Positions 18,591 to 27,916 of a stretch of 64,000 nt of DNA are shown here, piece by piece. The stretch spans positions 948,340 to 1,012,339 of the forward strand of contig CAWGUN010000013.1 of the NCBI GenBank assembly GCA_963825935.1, written 5' to 3'. How positions within the stretch are numbered: the stretch's first letter is position 1; every line of letters starts with the position of its first letter. Under the pieces are notes generated by a model. It saw only the letters and a program-made list of their open reading frames with translations, was not told the origin of the DNA and did not search any database. A program made the position numbers and the translations under genes. Source of the DNA: an uncultured Bacteroidales bacterium (GTDB lineage Bacteria > Bacteroidota > Bacteroidia > Bacteroidales > VadinHA17).

Positions 18591-21476
18591 ATGGAGTATT
18601 TCCTCGAACGAATTGCCAGATCACTTTATGCTGAGTTTAAGGACAGGTTAAAATCGCATTGTCTTGTTTTTCCAAACAGGAGGGCAGGTTTGTTCTTTAC
18701 CAGGTACCTTGCGGGAGAGCTCAGCAAGCCTGTCTGGACCCCGTCAATAATGACAATAAATGATCTTTTCCGTTCTTTATCACCTCTTCAGGCTGCTGAG
18801 AATGAACTGCTCCTTTTTGAGCTTTTTAAAGTTTACCGCACACTGACAAAGAGTTCAGAGAAATTCGATGATTTTTATTTCTGGGGCGATATGCTCCTGA
18901 ATGATTTTGATGATGTCGACAAATACCTTGCTGATGCTTCAAAATTATTCAGTAATGTTCATGATTTAAGGAAGATAGATCAGCAGTTCGGTAGTCTTAC
19001 TTCTGAACAGGTTGAAATAATAAAACGGTTCTGGATTAATTTCAATCCCGACGATTTGACCGATAAAAAATCTGAATTTATCAGGATATGGTCAATTCTG
19101 ACCGACCTCTATAGGGAATTCAAAAGTAACCTGAAGAATAAAAACCTGGCCTATGAAGGTATGATCTTCAGGGATGTAGTAGAGAATCAGGACTGGAAAA
19201 CAGCAGCCGGTGCTAAATGGGATATTGTACATTTTATCGGGTTCAACGCATTAAACGAATGCGAGAAGGCAATTATGTCGGGTCTTAAAAAGGATGTCAA
19301 AGCACGTTTTTACTGGGATTACGATAATTCTTATGTCAGGGACCAAAAGATGAATTCTGCCGGATTTTTCATGAAGGATAACCTTGAAATTTTTGGAAAT
19401 GACATGCCTGCTGACTGGAGTTACGACACCATGTTGTCAAAAGGCAATGATTTGGTAAAGCGACGGGTGATAGATGCATCTTCGGATGTCTCACAGGTAA
19501 AACTATTACCGGGATTTATTGATGAAATTCCCGGACTTACTTCTGCAAATGCACATCAGACAGCAATTGTCCTTGCTGATGAAAACCTGCTTATGCCAGT
19601 TCTTACAAGTCTTCCTGAAAATATTGAAGATGTCAATATAACAATGGGTTACCCTCTCAGGCATACCTCTGTCTATTCCCTTGTAAAACATCTTCTTGAG
19701 ATGCAAAAGAAAGCAGAAGTCAGAAACGGAGTGATTTATTTTTACTATAGCGATGTGATGAGGATTCTTAAGAACAGCCTCATCGCCGGGCTTATGACCG
19801 AACCGGATAATGAAATTATTAAAGAAATAATTGAAAAAAATCTGATCCTTGTACCTGCCGGCAAATTTGCCAGTTCCGGTAAATTATCAGAACTCTTTAA
19901 AAAACCTTCAACTCCGGCTCAGATTTCAGACTATCTTAAATCAGTACTTTCTGTTATAGGTTCCGTGGATTCAGGTAAAGTGGAGGATGTTTCACAGGAA
20001 ATATTTCCACGAATTATAAGGAATGAATTCATCTACAGGGTAATACTTTCAATAAACCGGCTCGATACCATTTCGGGGGATCCAAATATCAGCTTTACTA
20101 CCGATACGTGGACCCGGATACTCGACAGGCTCTTAAAAATGCAGTCTGTTCCTTTTTCGGGAGAACCACTAACGGGCATTCAGATAATGGGTATTCTTGA
20201 AACAAGAACTCTCGATTTTAAGAACCTGGTTATACTGTCAGTGAATGAAGGAATTCTGCCTGCAATTACTGCATCATCTTCTTTTATCCCTTTCAGTCTG
20301 CGTGAAGCATTTGGTTTGCCATCAATAAACCATCAGGAATCGATTTACGCATATCACTTTTACAGGCTTCTGCACAGAGCTGAAAATGTCACATTTGTAT
20401 ATAACTCAAATCCAGAGGGTTTAAGGAGTGGCGAAATGAGCAGATTTCTGCAGCAGATGAAGTATGAACCAATGCAAAAGCCTGAATTTCGTAGCGTTGG
20501 TTTCGAGATCGGCAATCCTGCTGATACAGGAACGATTATTGAAAGGACAGAGGATCATTATCTCAGGATATTATCAAGATTTTCAGATAATAATGGAAAG
20601 AACAGACTTTCACCATCAGCAATAAATACCTGGCTAAGCTGTTCGATGAGATTTTATTACCGGTATGTGAATGGCCTGATGGAACCTGAAAAGGTCACTG
20701 AAGAGATAGATCCGGCTATGCTTGGAGTTCTGCTGCATGAATCCATGAGAAAACTTTACGGAGGACTGATTGGCAAACAGCTCGACACGGCCCTATTAAG
20801 CTCAATTCTGGATAACAGGAAAGAGATTACACAGTTGATAAACGACGCAATTAAGGATATATTCAAAAGGGCAAATGATTATCTGGTTGCCGTTAATGAA
20901 CTAATTGTCAGGAATGTATTACAGGTTTACATTTCAAGGATTCTCGAAATAGACAAAAGAATTGCACCTTTTACAATTCTTGCACTTGAGGAACCTGTAG
21001 GCTTCCGGGTGGCTTCAGGTGAAACAGGAATAATAGCAGGAGGCACTATCGACCGGGTCGATTTAAGCCGGGGAGTTACAAGAATTGTTGATTACAAAAC
21101 CGGTTCAACAGCAGATTCTATCCCATCAGTAAGTTACCTTTTTGAAAATGAAAGAGAGAAAAACTCAGACGGATGGCTCCAGACTCTGCTTTATTGCGAA
21201 GGTTATCTGAATACCATGCCTGAAGCCCGGGTCAGGCCATCGGTTTATAAAATAAGGAAGCTCCCGGGAGAACAGCTGAACGATAAACTCATTATAAAAG
21301 CACCTAAAAAAGAGGATTATCAGGTTGATGATTACGGCCTGGTCCGGAATGAATTTCTTGATGGTCTTGATATAGTCGTAAAGTCAATATTCAGTAAAAA
21401 TGAACCTTTTGTTATGACTTCCGATATCCGGAATAAATGTTTCTACTGTCCATACAGGGTTTTATGTATGAGATAA
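18591..21476 (+). CDS. AddB-like PD-(D/E)XK nuclease family protein
   Basis: C-terminal nuclease motif IDRVDLSRGVTRIVDYKTGS and terminal Cys cluster CFYCPYRVLC. About 960 aa, with an AddA-like partner upstream. Confidence 0.75.
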   Translation: MEYFLERIARSLYAEFKDRLKSHCLVFPNRRAGLFFTRYLAGELSKPVWTPSIMTINDLFRSLSPLQAAENELLLFELFKVYRTLTKSSEKFDDFYFWGDMLLNDFDDVDKYLADASKLFSNVHDLRKIDQQFGSLTSEQVEIIKRFWINFNPDDLTDKKSEFIRIWSILTDLYREFKSNLKNKNLAYEGMIFRDVVENQDWKTAAGAKWDIVHFIGFNALNECEKAIMSGLKKDVKARFYWDYDNSYVRDQKMNSAGFFMKDNLEIFGNDMPADWSYDTMLSKGNDLVKRRVIDASSDVSQVKLLPGFIDEIPGLTSANAHQTAIVLADENLLMPVLTSLPENIEDVNITMGYPLRHTSVYSLVKHLLEMQKKAEVRNGVIYFYYSDVMRILKNSLIAGLMTEPDNEIIKEIIEKNLILVPAGKFASSGKLSELFKKPSTPAQISDYLKSVLSVIGSVDSGKVEDVSQEIFPRIIRNEFIYRVILSINRLDTISGDPNISFTTDTWTRILDRLLKMQSVPFSGEPLTGIQIMGILETRTLDFKNLVILSVNEGILPAITASSSFIPFSLREAFGLPSINHQESIYAYHFYRLLHRAENVTFVYNSNPEGLRSGEMSRFLQQMKYEPMQKPEFRSVGFEIGNPADTGTIIERTEDHYLRILSRFSDNNGKNRLSPSAINTWLSCSMRFYYRYVNGLMEPEKVTEEIDPAMLGVLLHESMRKLYGGLIGKQLDTALLSSILDNRKEITQLINDAIKDIFKRANDYLVAVNELIVRNVLQVYISRILEIDKRIAPFTILALEEPVGFRVASGETGIIAGGTIDRVDLSRGVTRIVDYKTGSTADSIPSVSYLFENEREKNSDGWLQTLLYCEGYLNTMPEARVRPSVYKIRKLPGEQLNDKLIIKAPKKEDYQVDDYGLVRNEFLDGLDIVVKSIFSKNEPFVMTSDIRNKCFYCPYRVLCMR

Positions 21477-21498
21477 ATTGAAACTAAAACTGTTTCTT

Positions 21499-21987
21499 TT
21501 ATTTTTCTATTTCGCGCTGTAAAGCAGCCATCCTGATTGCAGATACGGCAGCTTCATCACCTTTATTCCCGTGTTTTCCTCCTGCTCTCTCTGCTGCCTG
21601 CTGATGTGATTCTGTCGTGAGTACTCCGAAGATGAAAGGAATATTATAATCGAGGTTCAGCTGGGTAATTCCATGTGTCACACCCTGGCATATATAAGTA
21701 AAGTGAGGAGTCTCACCCTGAATCACGCATCCAAGACAAATCACTGCATCAGGATCATCATATTCTGCAAGAAGCTGAGCTCCGAGAGTCAGCTCGAAGC
21801 TGCCTGGAACATGCCTGACAATAATGTTTTTTTCAGCTGCACCATGCTTTTTAAGAGTGCTTACTGCACCTTTAAGCAGTGACAATGTAATATCGCTGTT
21901 CCAGTCCGAAACAACGATTCCAAACCTCATTTTACCGGCATCCGGAATATTCTCCGGATCATAAGCTGATAAGTTGGTTGTAGCCAT
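21499..21987 (-). CDS. ribH: 6,7-dimethyl-8-ribityllumazine synthase
   Basis: [23 protein letters not shown] and typical length. Confidence 0.9.
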   Translation of the reverse strand: MATTNLSAYDPENIPDAGKMRFGIVVSDWNSDITLSLLKGAVSTLKKHGAAEKNIIVRHVPGSFELTLGAQLLAEYDDPDAVICLGCVIQGETPHFTYICQGVTHGITQLNLDYNIPFIFGVLTTESHQQAAERAGGKHGNKGDEAAVSAIRMAALQREIEK

Positions 21988-21988
21988 T

Positions 21989-22675
21989 CTACTTCATCAG
22001 AAGCTTAACGCGTGCAATATATTTGTCAATTGCAAGCCCTTCGGTGCTTTCGGGATACTCGTTTTGTATTCTTTCGTAAAGCTTAAGTGCTTCTGCATAA
22101 TTGCTGTCAGACTCATACAATTCACCAGCTTTCATCAGGAATATTGGGGTATTAAATGAGTTTGAAGCAAGATCGGCAGCTTCGATATATTTTGAAATAC
22201 CTTTGTTAATATCTCCAAGTTCAACATAGGCGTCACCTGTTGCGCCACAAGCCAGTGATCCGATAACCTTGTCTTTTTTGGAGTATTTATCAAGAAAATC
22301 TATCGCCTCCTGGAACTGACCAAGATGCAGATAGCATATCCCTGCACTGTAAAGTGCAAGATTGCCGGCGTTTGTAAATTTATAATCTTTCGAAATATCA
22401 AGAAATCCCAGGTAGTTGCCGTCACCATTTAAAGCAAGATTAAGAGAATCCATTTCAAGATACTTTTCAGCCTGGTACATCTGCGACTGAGCCTCATCAT
22501 TCCTCTTATTCAGGTACATTTTGCCCAGCCAGAACAAGCCAACAAGGCCTACCAGAACCACAAGCCCGATAAGCAGGGGTTTATAATTCTGTTCCAGGAA
22601 CTGTTCTGTTTTTGTAAGTGTCTCCTCAACATTCTTCAGGCTCTTCGGATTTTCTTCTTTTTTTGTTTTTGCCAT
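21989..22675 (-). CDS. Membrane-anchored tetratricopeptide-repeat protein (YfgM-like)
   Basis: A single N-terminal TM helix ([17 protein letters not shown]) followed by TPR-like repeats. It abuts ribH. Confidence 0.6.
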   Translation of the reverse strand: MAKTKKEENPKSLKNVEETLTKTEQFLEQNYKPLLIGLVVLVGLVGLFWLGKMYLNKRNDEAQSQMYQAEKYLEMDSLNLALNGDGNYLGFLDISKDYKFTNAGNLALYSAGICYLHLGQFQEAIDFLDKYSKKDKVIGSLACGATGDAYVELGDINKGISKYIEAADLASNSFNTPIFLMKAGELYESDSNYAEALKLYERIQNEYPESTEGLAIDKYIARVKLLMK

Positions 22676-22776
22676 CTCAGTGTATAATAATAACTTAAAA
22701 ATTTACCACCGCAAAAGTAATTTTTTTAATATTATTTTGAAACAATTAAAGTAATAAAAGGAATTTTTAATAATAA

Positions 22777-22932
22777 GGGGATTCCTCGCTTCGCTCGGAA
22801 TGACAATGCATTTTGGGGTTACAGGGGGTAGAGGAGGCGGAATGCCTACCGCATTCCGCCTCCTCTACCCCCAAAAAATACGATTTGTCAATTCCGAAAG
22901 ACACCCACGGAGTGGGTGGAATGAGGAATCTC
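22777..22932. repeat. Composite GC-rich palindromic (REP-like) element
   Basis: Perfect 22-bp inverted repeat at 22824-22845 / 22851-22872 with a 5-nt spacer. A second hairpin, cacccac-gga-gtgggtg, lies at 22902-22918. Imperfect outer arms are attcctc/gaggaat and tcggaatgacaa/ttgtcaattccga. Confidence 0.85.
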
Positions 22933-22992
22933 CAAATTAAGGTAGTTCACTTTCACTGGAAAATAAAACAATTCTTTTCATAACTTTACACC

Positions 22993-23072
22993 CTTGAATC
23001 ATTGCACCGTTGTACCCTTGCACCGTTGTACCGTTGCACCATTGAACCATTGTACCATTATACCATTGAACC
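22993..23072. repeat. Octanucleotide tandem array (RTTGNACC), 10 units
   Basis: cttgaatc attgcacc gttgtacc cttgcacc gttgtacc gttgcacc attgaacc attgtacc attatacc attgaacc, ending 7 nt before the recF ATG. Confidence 0.95.
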
Positions 23073-23079
23073 TTTTGTT

Positions 23080-24204
23080 ATGTATTTAAAAAAGCTATCT
23101 CTGACCAATTTTAAAAACTACGATAGGGCAGAACTTGAATTTTCACCCAAAATAAATTGCCTTGTGGGCAATAACGGTGTCGGAAAAACAAACATTCTTG
23201 ATGCAATTCACTATCTGTCACTTACTAAAAGTTTCTTTAACAATATAGACAGTATCAGCATACGCCATGGTGAAGAATATTTTATAATTAACGGGACCTT
23301 TGTAAAAGACGATGTAGAAGATCAGATCTATTGTGCTTTTCAGAAACAAAAACAGAAAGTTCTTAAGAAGAACAGCAAGGAGTATCAGAAACTCTCAGAA
23401 CATGTGGGTAAATACCCTGTAGTAATGATCTCTCCTGCTGACAATGCTCTTATTTCTGAGGGCAGTGAAGAGAGGCGCAAATTCCTTAACAAGATAATAA
23501 GTCAGTATAATGCAGAATACCTCGATTCGGTTTTAAAGTACAGCAAAGCACTTCAGCACAGGAACAGACTTTTAAAGGACTTCAAAATGACAGGCAGGTT
23601 TGAGAGTGATGCCTTATCAATCTGGGATTCCCAGCTTGTGAAATACGGAACCTATGTATTTAATGAGAGGGAGCTGCTTGTAAATGAGCTCATCCCGGTT
23701 TTCCAGGAGTATTATTCAATGATCTCATCTGAAAAAGAACTGGTTAAGCTGGCGTACCGGTCGCATCTTTCTGAAGGAAACTTCAGTGAGGCCCTGGTAA
23801 ATTCTGTCAATAAAGACAGGTTTCTTGAGTATACGACAATTGGCATCCATAAAGATGACCTGATGCTTGAAATGAATCAGCATCCGGTTAAATCACTTGG
23901 CTCCCAGGGCCAGCAGAAATCATATCTCGTTGCACTTAAACTGGCAAAATTTGATTACATAAGACGGAAATCAGGTATTTCACCTATTCTTCTTCTTGAT
24001 GATATTTTCGATAAATTTGATGCTGAACGTGTAGAACAGATAATAAGGCTGGTAGGCCAAAACAGATTCGGCCAGATTTTTATAACTGATACTCACCAGA
24101 GCCGGCTGCACGAAATACTTTCTACCCATAAAACTGATTATAAACTGTTTATGATAAGAGGTAATGAAGTTAAGGAGGTAATTCAGAACGGAAAACCGGT
24201 GTGA
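23080..24204 (+). CDS. recF: DNA replication and repair protein RecF
   Basis: Starts MYLKKLSLTNFKNY. Walker A is GNNGVGKTNILDAI and Walker B is LLLDDIFDKFD. The ORF-track start at 23002 merely translates the octamer array. Confidence 0.9.
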   Translation: MYLKKLSLTNFKNYDRAELEFSPKINCLVGNNGVGKTNILDAIHYLSLTKSFFNNIDSISIRHGEEYFIINGTFVKDDVEDQIYCAFQKQKQKVLKKNSKEYQKLSEHVGKYPVVMISPADNALISEGSEERRKFLNKIISQYNAEYLDSVLKYSKALQHRNRLLKDFKMTGRFESDALSIWDSQLVKYGTYVFNERELLVNELIPVFQEYYSMISSEKELVKLAYRSHLSEGNFSEALVNSVNKDRFLEYTTIGIHKDDLMLEMNQHPVKSLGSQGQQKSYLVALKLAKFDYIRRKSGISPILLLDDIFDKFDAERVEQIIRLVGQNRFGQIFITDTHQSRLHEILSTHKTDYKLFMIRGNEVKEVIQNGKPV

Positions 24205-24494
24205 TGAGACGAAGCAAGACCATATCGCTTGCCGAGGCAATGAAGGATTACATCCGCGAAATGAACCTTGGGGACAAACTGAGTGAGGTTGGTGTAATTA
24301 ATTCGTGGGAGGAGACTGTTGGAAAAGCTATCTCATCACGGACATCGAAGCTGTATATAAAAGATCATGTCCTCTATGTTCACCTTAATTCTTCAGTAGT
24401 ACGAAATGAACTGCTGATGCTCAGACAGGCACTTATTAATAAGCTTAATGAAAAAGCAGGAAGTGAAGTAATAAAGGAAATTGTCCTGAAATAA
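24201..24494 (+). CDS. DUF721 (DciA-related) protein
   Basis: A small ORF that overlaps the recF stop (ATGA), the usual position for DUF721. It contains the motif WEETVGKAISSRTSKLYIKDHVLYV. Confidence 0.7.
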   Translation: MMRRSKTISLAEAMKDYIREMNLGDKLSEVGVINSWEETVGKAISSRTSKLYIKDHVLYVHLNSSVVRNELLMLRQALINKLNEKAGSEVIKEIVLK

Positions 24495-24578
24495 AATCCT
24501 TTTTGCGGACCCCAACCCTCCAAAAGAGGGGCTACCCTTTAGGAGGGCAGGGGGGTATTCCTTAAAGGAGACAGGATT
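24495..24578. repeat. GC-rich nested palindromic (REP-like) element filling a convergent intergenic gap
   Basis: Outer arms aatcct/aggatt. Arms accccaaccctcc (24509-24521) and ggagggcaggggggt (24542-24556). Inner hairpin aggg-gcta-ccct. Confidence 0.75.
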
Positions 24579-26195
24579 CTAACTAATAGTGTAATTATTA
24601 CATTTAATGCTTATCGTCTTGCTAAATGATTTTGATGAGTGAAAAATGAACTCATTTCCATTATAAATCAGCCGGATACTCTTATTATTTATTTCAATGG
24701 TTTTTAATGAAGAATTATCTTTCTGATGTATATAATCAGCAAGCAATATCGCTTTTTCAATGCCGTCACCCCGCCTGAAATTCCAGACTTCATCCGGAAG
24801 CGCCAGCCGCTTCCCGTCATATATTGACTGACCGGGCATTGCAGTTAATATTTTATATACTTCCTGGATTGCTTTACCGTTTAATTCATTAATACATACC
24901 GGATTACGTTCGATTGCAGCTTTAATGAAGGGCAGCCAGTCTATCTTATCCATCTGCCTGTAAACGTACAGAGTTAATTGAGATAGTTCTGAATTCCCGG
25001 TATGACTATATATTGATTGAATTATTTTATCCCTGTCATCATCGGCAGATATGACAGGTACGATAGTCTCAAGATAATTTTTGGAATCATCGGGAATTTC
25101 CGGTTCGATATGAATAAAGTCTGCAATATCAGCGAACATTGAATGAATAGTTTCATGAGGAATATGCCCGTGTAGTTTTATGAATTGACCTTCAATTTCT
25201 TTCAGGCTTTTTCCCTTGCTCGTCTCAATAATGGCTTCAGCATCGTTAAGCATTATTTTGCCCTGTAAAGGACTTAGATGAAACTCATCTCCTTCAATCT
25301 CTTTGACCAGTTGTGCACGGGTTTCTGCTGAAACATTGAATCGGCTTGTGTGCTCATACTCAAACATTTTCTCAAGCGCGATATACCTTTTTATGCCTGA
25401 ACAGTCGCACTCGAACTGGAACAGCGATTTATATTTTGACTTAAAACGCAGAAAATTAATAAATATAAGGTCCGTAAGATCAGTATTAAGAAACTCCCTG
25501 AGCCTGGCCGAAAAAAATTCATACGATTTCTTGCCAATAGTAGCATCTTTGAATATAGTATGTATGTATCCCGAAATATGCGAGACAATAGTAACTTTCT
25601 CATTTTCAAGAGCTCTTCTGGCTTTTTCTGATAGGGATGTACCATTGAACCACATGTTTTTTGAGACAATCCGCCTGTTATTTGTAATCAATCCTTCTTT
25701 CTCAATAATGAAGTTTTGTGAATGGAGCGGAGTGGCAATCAGAAAAATCTTTTCAAGGGGAATCCTTCCAACGACAAACATAGCTGCGGCGTACAGAGAT
25801 GAGAGTGAAACGCATTCTCCGGCTCCGGTTGTAAAGTTTTCTTTGAACCTGAAAGCAGTCATTGCTTCAATTGTCTCTGTTTTCCAGTAAGGTATAACAT
25901 CAGAATTAAATTTATCAAGACCAAAATGCTTCCTGATATCTATATCAAAATAATATTTATCCCCTTCGTAACCGAAAAGAGCATTTGAATGCCTCAGAAG
26001 GTCCATGTCGAAAAAGTCCCTGAACCTCGCAATCTCCCTGCTTTTTGTTGTAAGCCCCCAGGTGGACAGATCGAGATTGAAGACATAATTTTGTATTATA
26101 TACTGCTTTATCCTGTTTGCTTTATAGGTAAAGCTCTTCTTCTCAATATCCTTAAACCAGGGATCATCCCTCCATTCCCAGAGGATTGGCGACAT
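24579..26195 (-). CDS. Hypothetical protein with a transglutaminase/papain-like Cys-His signature
   Basis: TTGAGECVSLSSLYAAAMFVVGRIPLEKIFLIATPLHSQNF resembles a TGase-core Cys...His arrangement. The start is probably MSPILWEWRDD (26195) rather than 26285. Confidence 0.45.
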   Translation of the reverse strand: MSPILWEWRDDPWFKDIEKKSFTYKANRIKQYIIQNYVFNLDLSTWGLTTKSREIARFRDFFDMDLLRHSNALFGYEGDKYYFDIDIRKHFGLDKFNSDVIPYWKTETIEAMTAFRFKENFTTGAGECVSLSSLYAAAMFVVGRIPLEKIFLIATPLHSQNFIIEKEGLITNNRRIVSKNMWFNGTSLSEKARRALENEKVTIVSHISGYIHTIFKDATIGKKSYEFFSARLREFLNTDLTDLIFINFLRFKSKYKSLFQFECDCSGIKRYIALEKMFEYEHTSRFNVSAETRAQLVKEIEGDEFHLSPLQGKIMLNDAEAIIETSKGKSLKEIEGQFIKLHGHIPHETIHSMFADIADFIHIEPEIPDDSKNYLETIVPVISADDDRDKIIQSIYSHTGNSELSQLTLYVYRQMDKIDWLPFIKAAIERNPVCINELNGKAIQEVYKILTAMPGQSIYDGKRLALPDEVWNFRRGDGIEKAILLADYIHQKDNSSLKTIEINNKSIRLIYNGNEFIFHSSKSFSKTISIKCNNYTIS

Positions 26196-26380
26196 AATAT
26201 TTGCCAAGAACAAGAGGGTAAAATAATTCCGGAAAAATAAAAATCTCCATATCGGAGAGCGTGAAAGCAGATGAATACTTCTCAAGTGTTTTCTTATCGG
26301 AGAAATCTGCTGAAAATTTTAAATCCATAGATAGTTATTAAATCCTGTTAAGCTAATAACACAAAAAAGGATCTAAAGTT

Positions 26381-26806
26381 TTATTCAAGGAATCTTTCAA
26401 TTGTGGGAAAGAAGAAATTTGCCTCCCTTTCTGCATTTTCATCACTATCCGATCCGTGCACAGCATTCATCTGAACCGATACTGCAAATGTTTTTCTTAT
26501 AGTCCCCTGGTCAGCTTTATTTGGATCTGTGGCCCCGATCAGTTTTCTGAATTCTTCCACAGCATTTTCATGTTTAAGGATCATAACAAAAACGGGCCCC
26601 GAGGTCATAAATTCAATAAGACTCACAAAGAATGATTTCCCTTTGTGGATCACATAGAATGACTCTGCCTGTTCAGGGATCATCCTTATCATCTTCATTG
26701 CAGCTATCTCAAATCCTGCTTCGTTTATCATTGCCAGAATAGGACCGGTTTTCCCTGTTCTTACTGCATTTGGCTTGATTATTGAAAATGTGAAATTCCC
26801 ATTCAT
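26381..26806 (-). CDS. ndk: Nucleoside-diphosphate kinase
   Basis: FSIIKPNAV and NAVHGSDS active-site motifs, 141 aa. Confidence 0.9.
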   Translation of the reverse strand: MNGNFTFSIIKPNAVRTGKTGPILAMINEAGFEIAAMKMIRMIPEQAESFYVIHKGKSFFVSLIEFMTSGPVFVMILKHENAVEEFRKLIGATDPNKADQGTIRKTFAVSVQMNAVHGSDSDENAEREANFFFPTIERFLE

Positions 26807-26890
26807 AGATTGTCAGTTTGGATTGAAATTACGGAATTTGTCTTCAGGAATATTGTTTATCTTTACACACTTGAAAAAACAACTGAAAAA

Positions 26891-27916
26891 GTGTTTGAAC
26901 TATCCAAATATACGAAAGAATTAACAAAACTTTTTAACTCATCAGAGAATATATTGCTGATATGCCATATTAATCCTGATGGTGATGCAATTGGTTCACA
27001 ATTAGCGCTTTATCATTATCTTAAATCGCAGGGTAAAAAGACAGAGATGATCTCACCCAATAATCTGCAGGAGTTTTTAAAATGGATGGATGGCGCTGAT
27101 CTGATAAATGTTTTTATCAGGCAAAGGGAAAAGTGTAAAAAACTGATTGAGGAAGCTGACCTTATAATATTACTTGACTTCAATCAACCCGACAGGCTTG
27201 GTGAAGCGGAAAACCTGGTTACTCAGTCAGGGGCCGTAAAAGTGGTTATTGATCATCATCTCAACCCGCATAGTTTTACTGAACTGGTCATTTCAGATCC
27301 CTCCAAATGCGCTACTTCAGAGCTTATTTATGAGCTTGTTACAATGATTAACGAAGGACCATTTGTAAATAAATCGTATGCAGAAGCTGTTTATGTCGGA
27401 ATAATTACCGATACCGGCAACTTTGAGTACGGAACATATACAGGCAGGACATTCAGGATTGCTGCAGATCTGCTGGAAACAGGAATTGAAAAGGGATGGA
27501 TATTGAATCAGATTTATAATAATTTTTCTGCTGAGCGGATGAACCTGCTGGGATATGCCCTTAATAAAAGGATGGTAATAATCCCGGAATTTCAGACAGC
27601 CTATATTTATCTTACAAGGGAAGATCTTGCTTCTTATAGTCACGTAAAGGGCGATACTGAAGGATTTGTAAACCTGCCTCTTTCGATAAAGGGAATAGTT
27701 TTTACGGTACTGTTCATTGAAAAAGAAGGATTTGTAAAACTCTCATTCCGGTCAAAGGGAACATTTCCGGTCAATGAATTTGCTGCAGAGTATTTTTCCG
27801 GAGGCGGCCATCTGAATGCTTCGGGTGGTGAGTTCACCGGTACTCTCGGGAATTCCATAGAATACTTCCTGAAAGTTCTGCGGGAAAACTTTATGAGATT
27901 CAATAAGAAAGATTAA
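26891..27916 (+). CDS. nrnA: DHH-family phosphoesterase (NrnA-like oligoribonuclease/pAp phosphatase)
   Basis: HINPDGDAIGS, VIDHH and GGGH motifs. The ORF-track TTG at 26810 lies only 3 nt from the divergent ndk start, so GTG 26891 is more plausible. The start remains uncertain. Confidence 0.75.
   Translation: MFELSKYTKELTKLFNSSENILLICHINPDGDAIGSQLALYHYLKSQGKKTEMISPNNLQEFLKWMDGADLINVFIRQREKCKKLIEEADLIILLDFNQPDRLGEAENLVTQSGAVKVVIDHHLNPHSFTELVISDPSKCATSELIYELVTMINEGPFVNKSYAEAVYVGIITDTGNFEYGTYTGRTFRIAADLLETGIEKGWILNQIYNNFSAERMNLLGYALNKRMVIIPEFQTAYIYLTREDLASYSHVKGDTEGFVNLPLSIKGIVFTVLFIEKEGFVKLSFRSKGTFPVNEFAAEYFSGGGHLNASGGEFTGTLGNSIEYFLKVLRENFMRFNKKD

Noticed and set aside
22993-23072. Considered whether the tandem arrays (also at 9243, 10529, 11321 and 18555) are CRISPR-like
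   Set aside because: The units are 7-8 nt and directly abutting, with no spacers. There are no cas genes in the window. They are microsatellite-type arrays, not CRISPR.
23002-23079. N-terminal extension of recF with an apparent 8-residue peptide repeat (LAPLYRCT / IEPLYHYT)
   Set aside because: The underlying DNA period is 8 nt, not a multiple of 3. The peptide periodicity is therefore an artefact of translating three units per 8 codons. RecF homology starts at 23080.
25303-25890. 195-aa plus-strand ORF inside the 568-aa hypothetical gene
   Set aside because: It is antisense to the longer ORF that carries the only recognisable motif. It has no start context or promoter box, so it is probably a shadow ORF.
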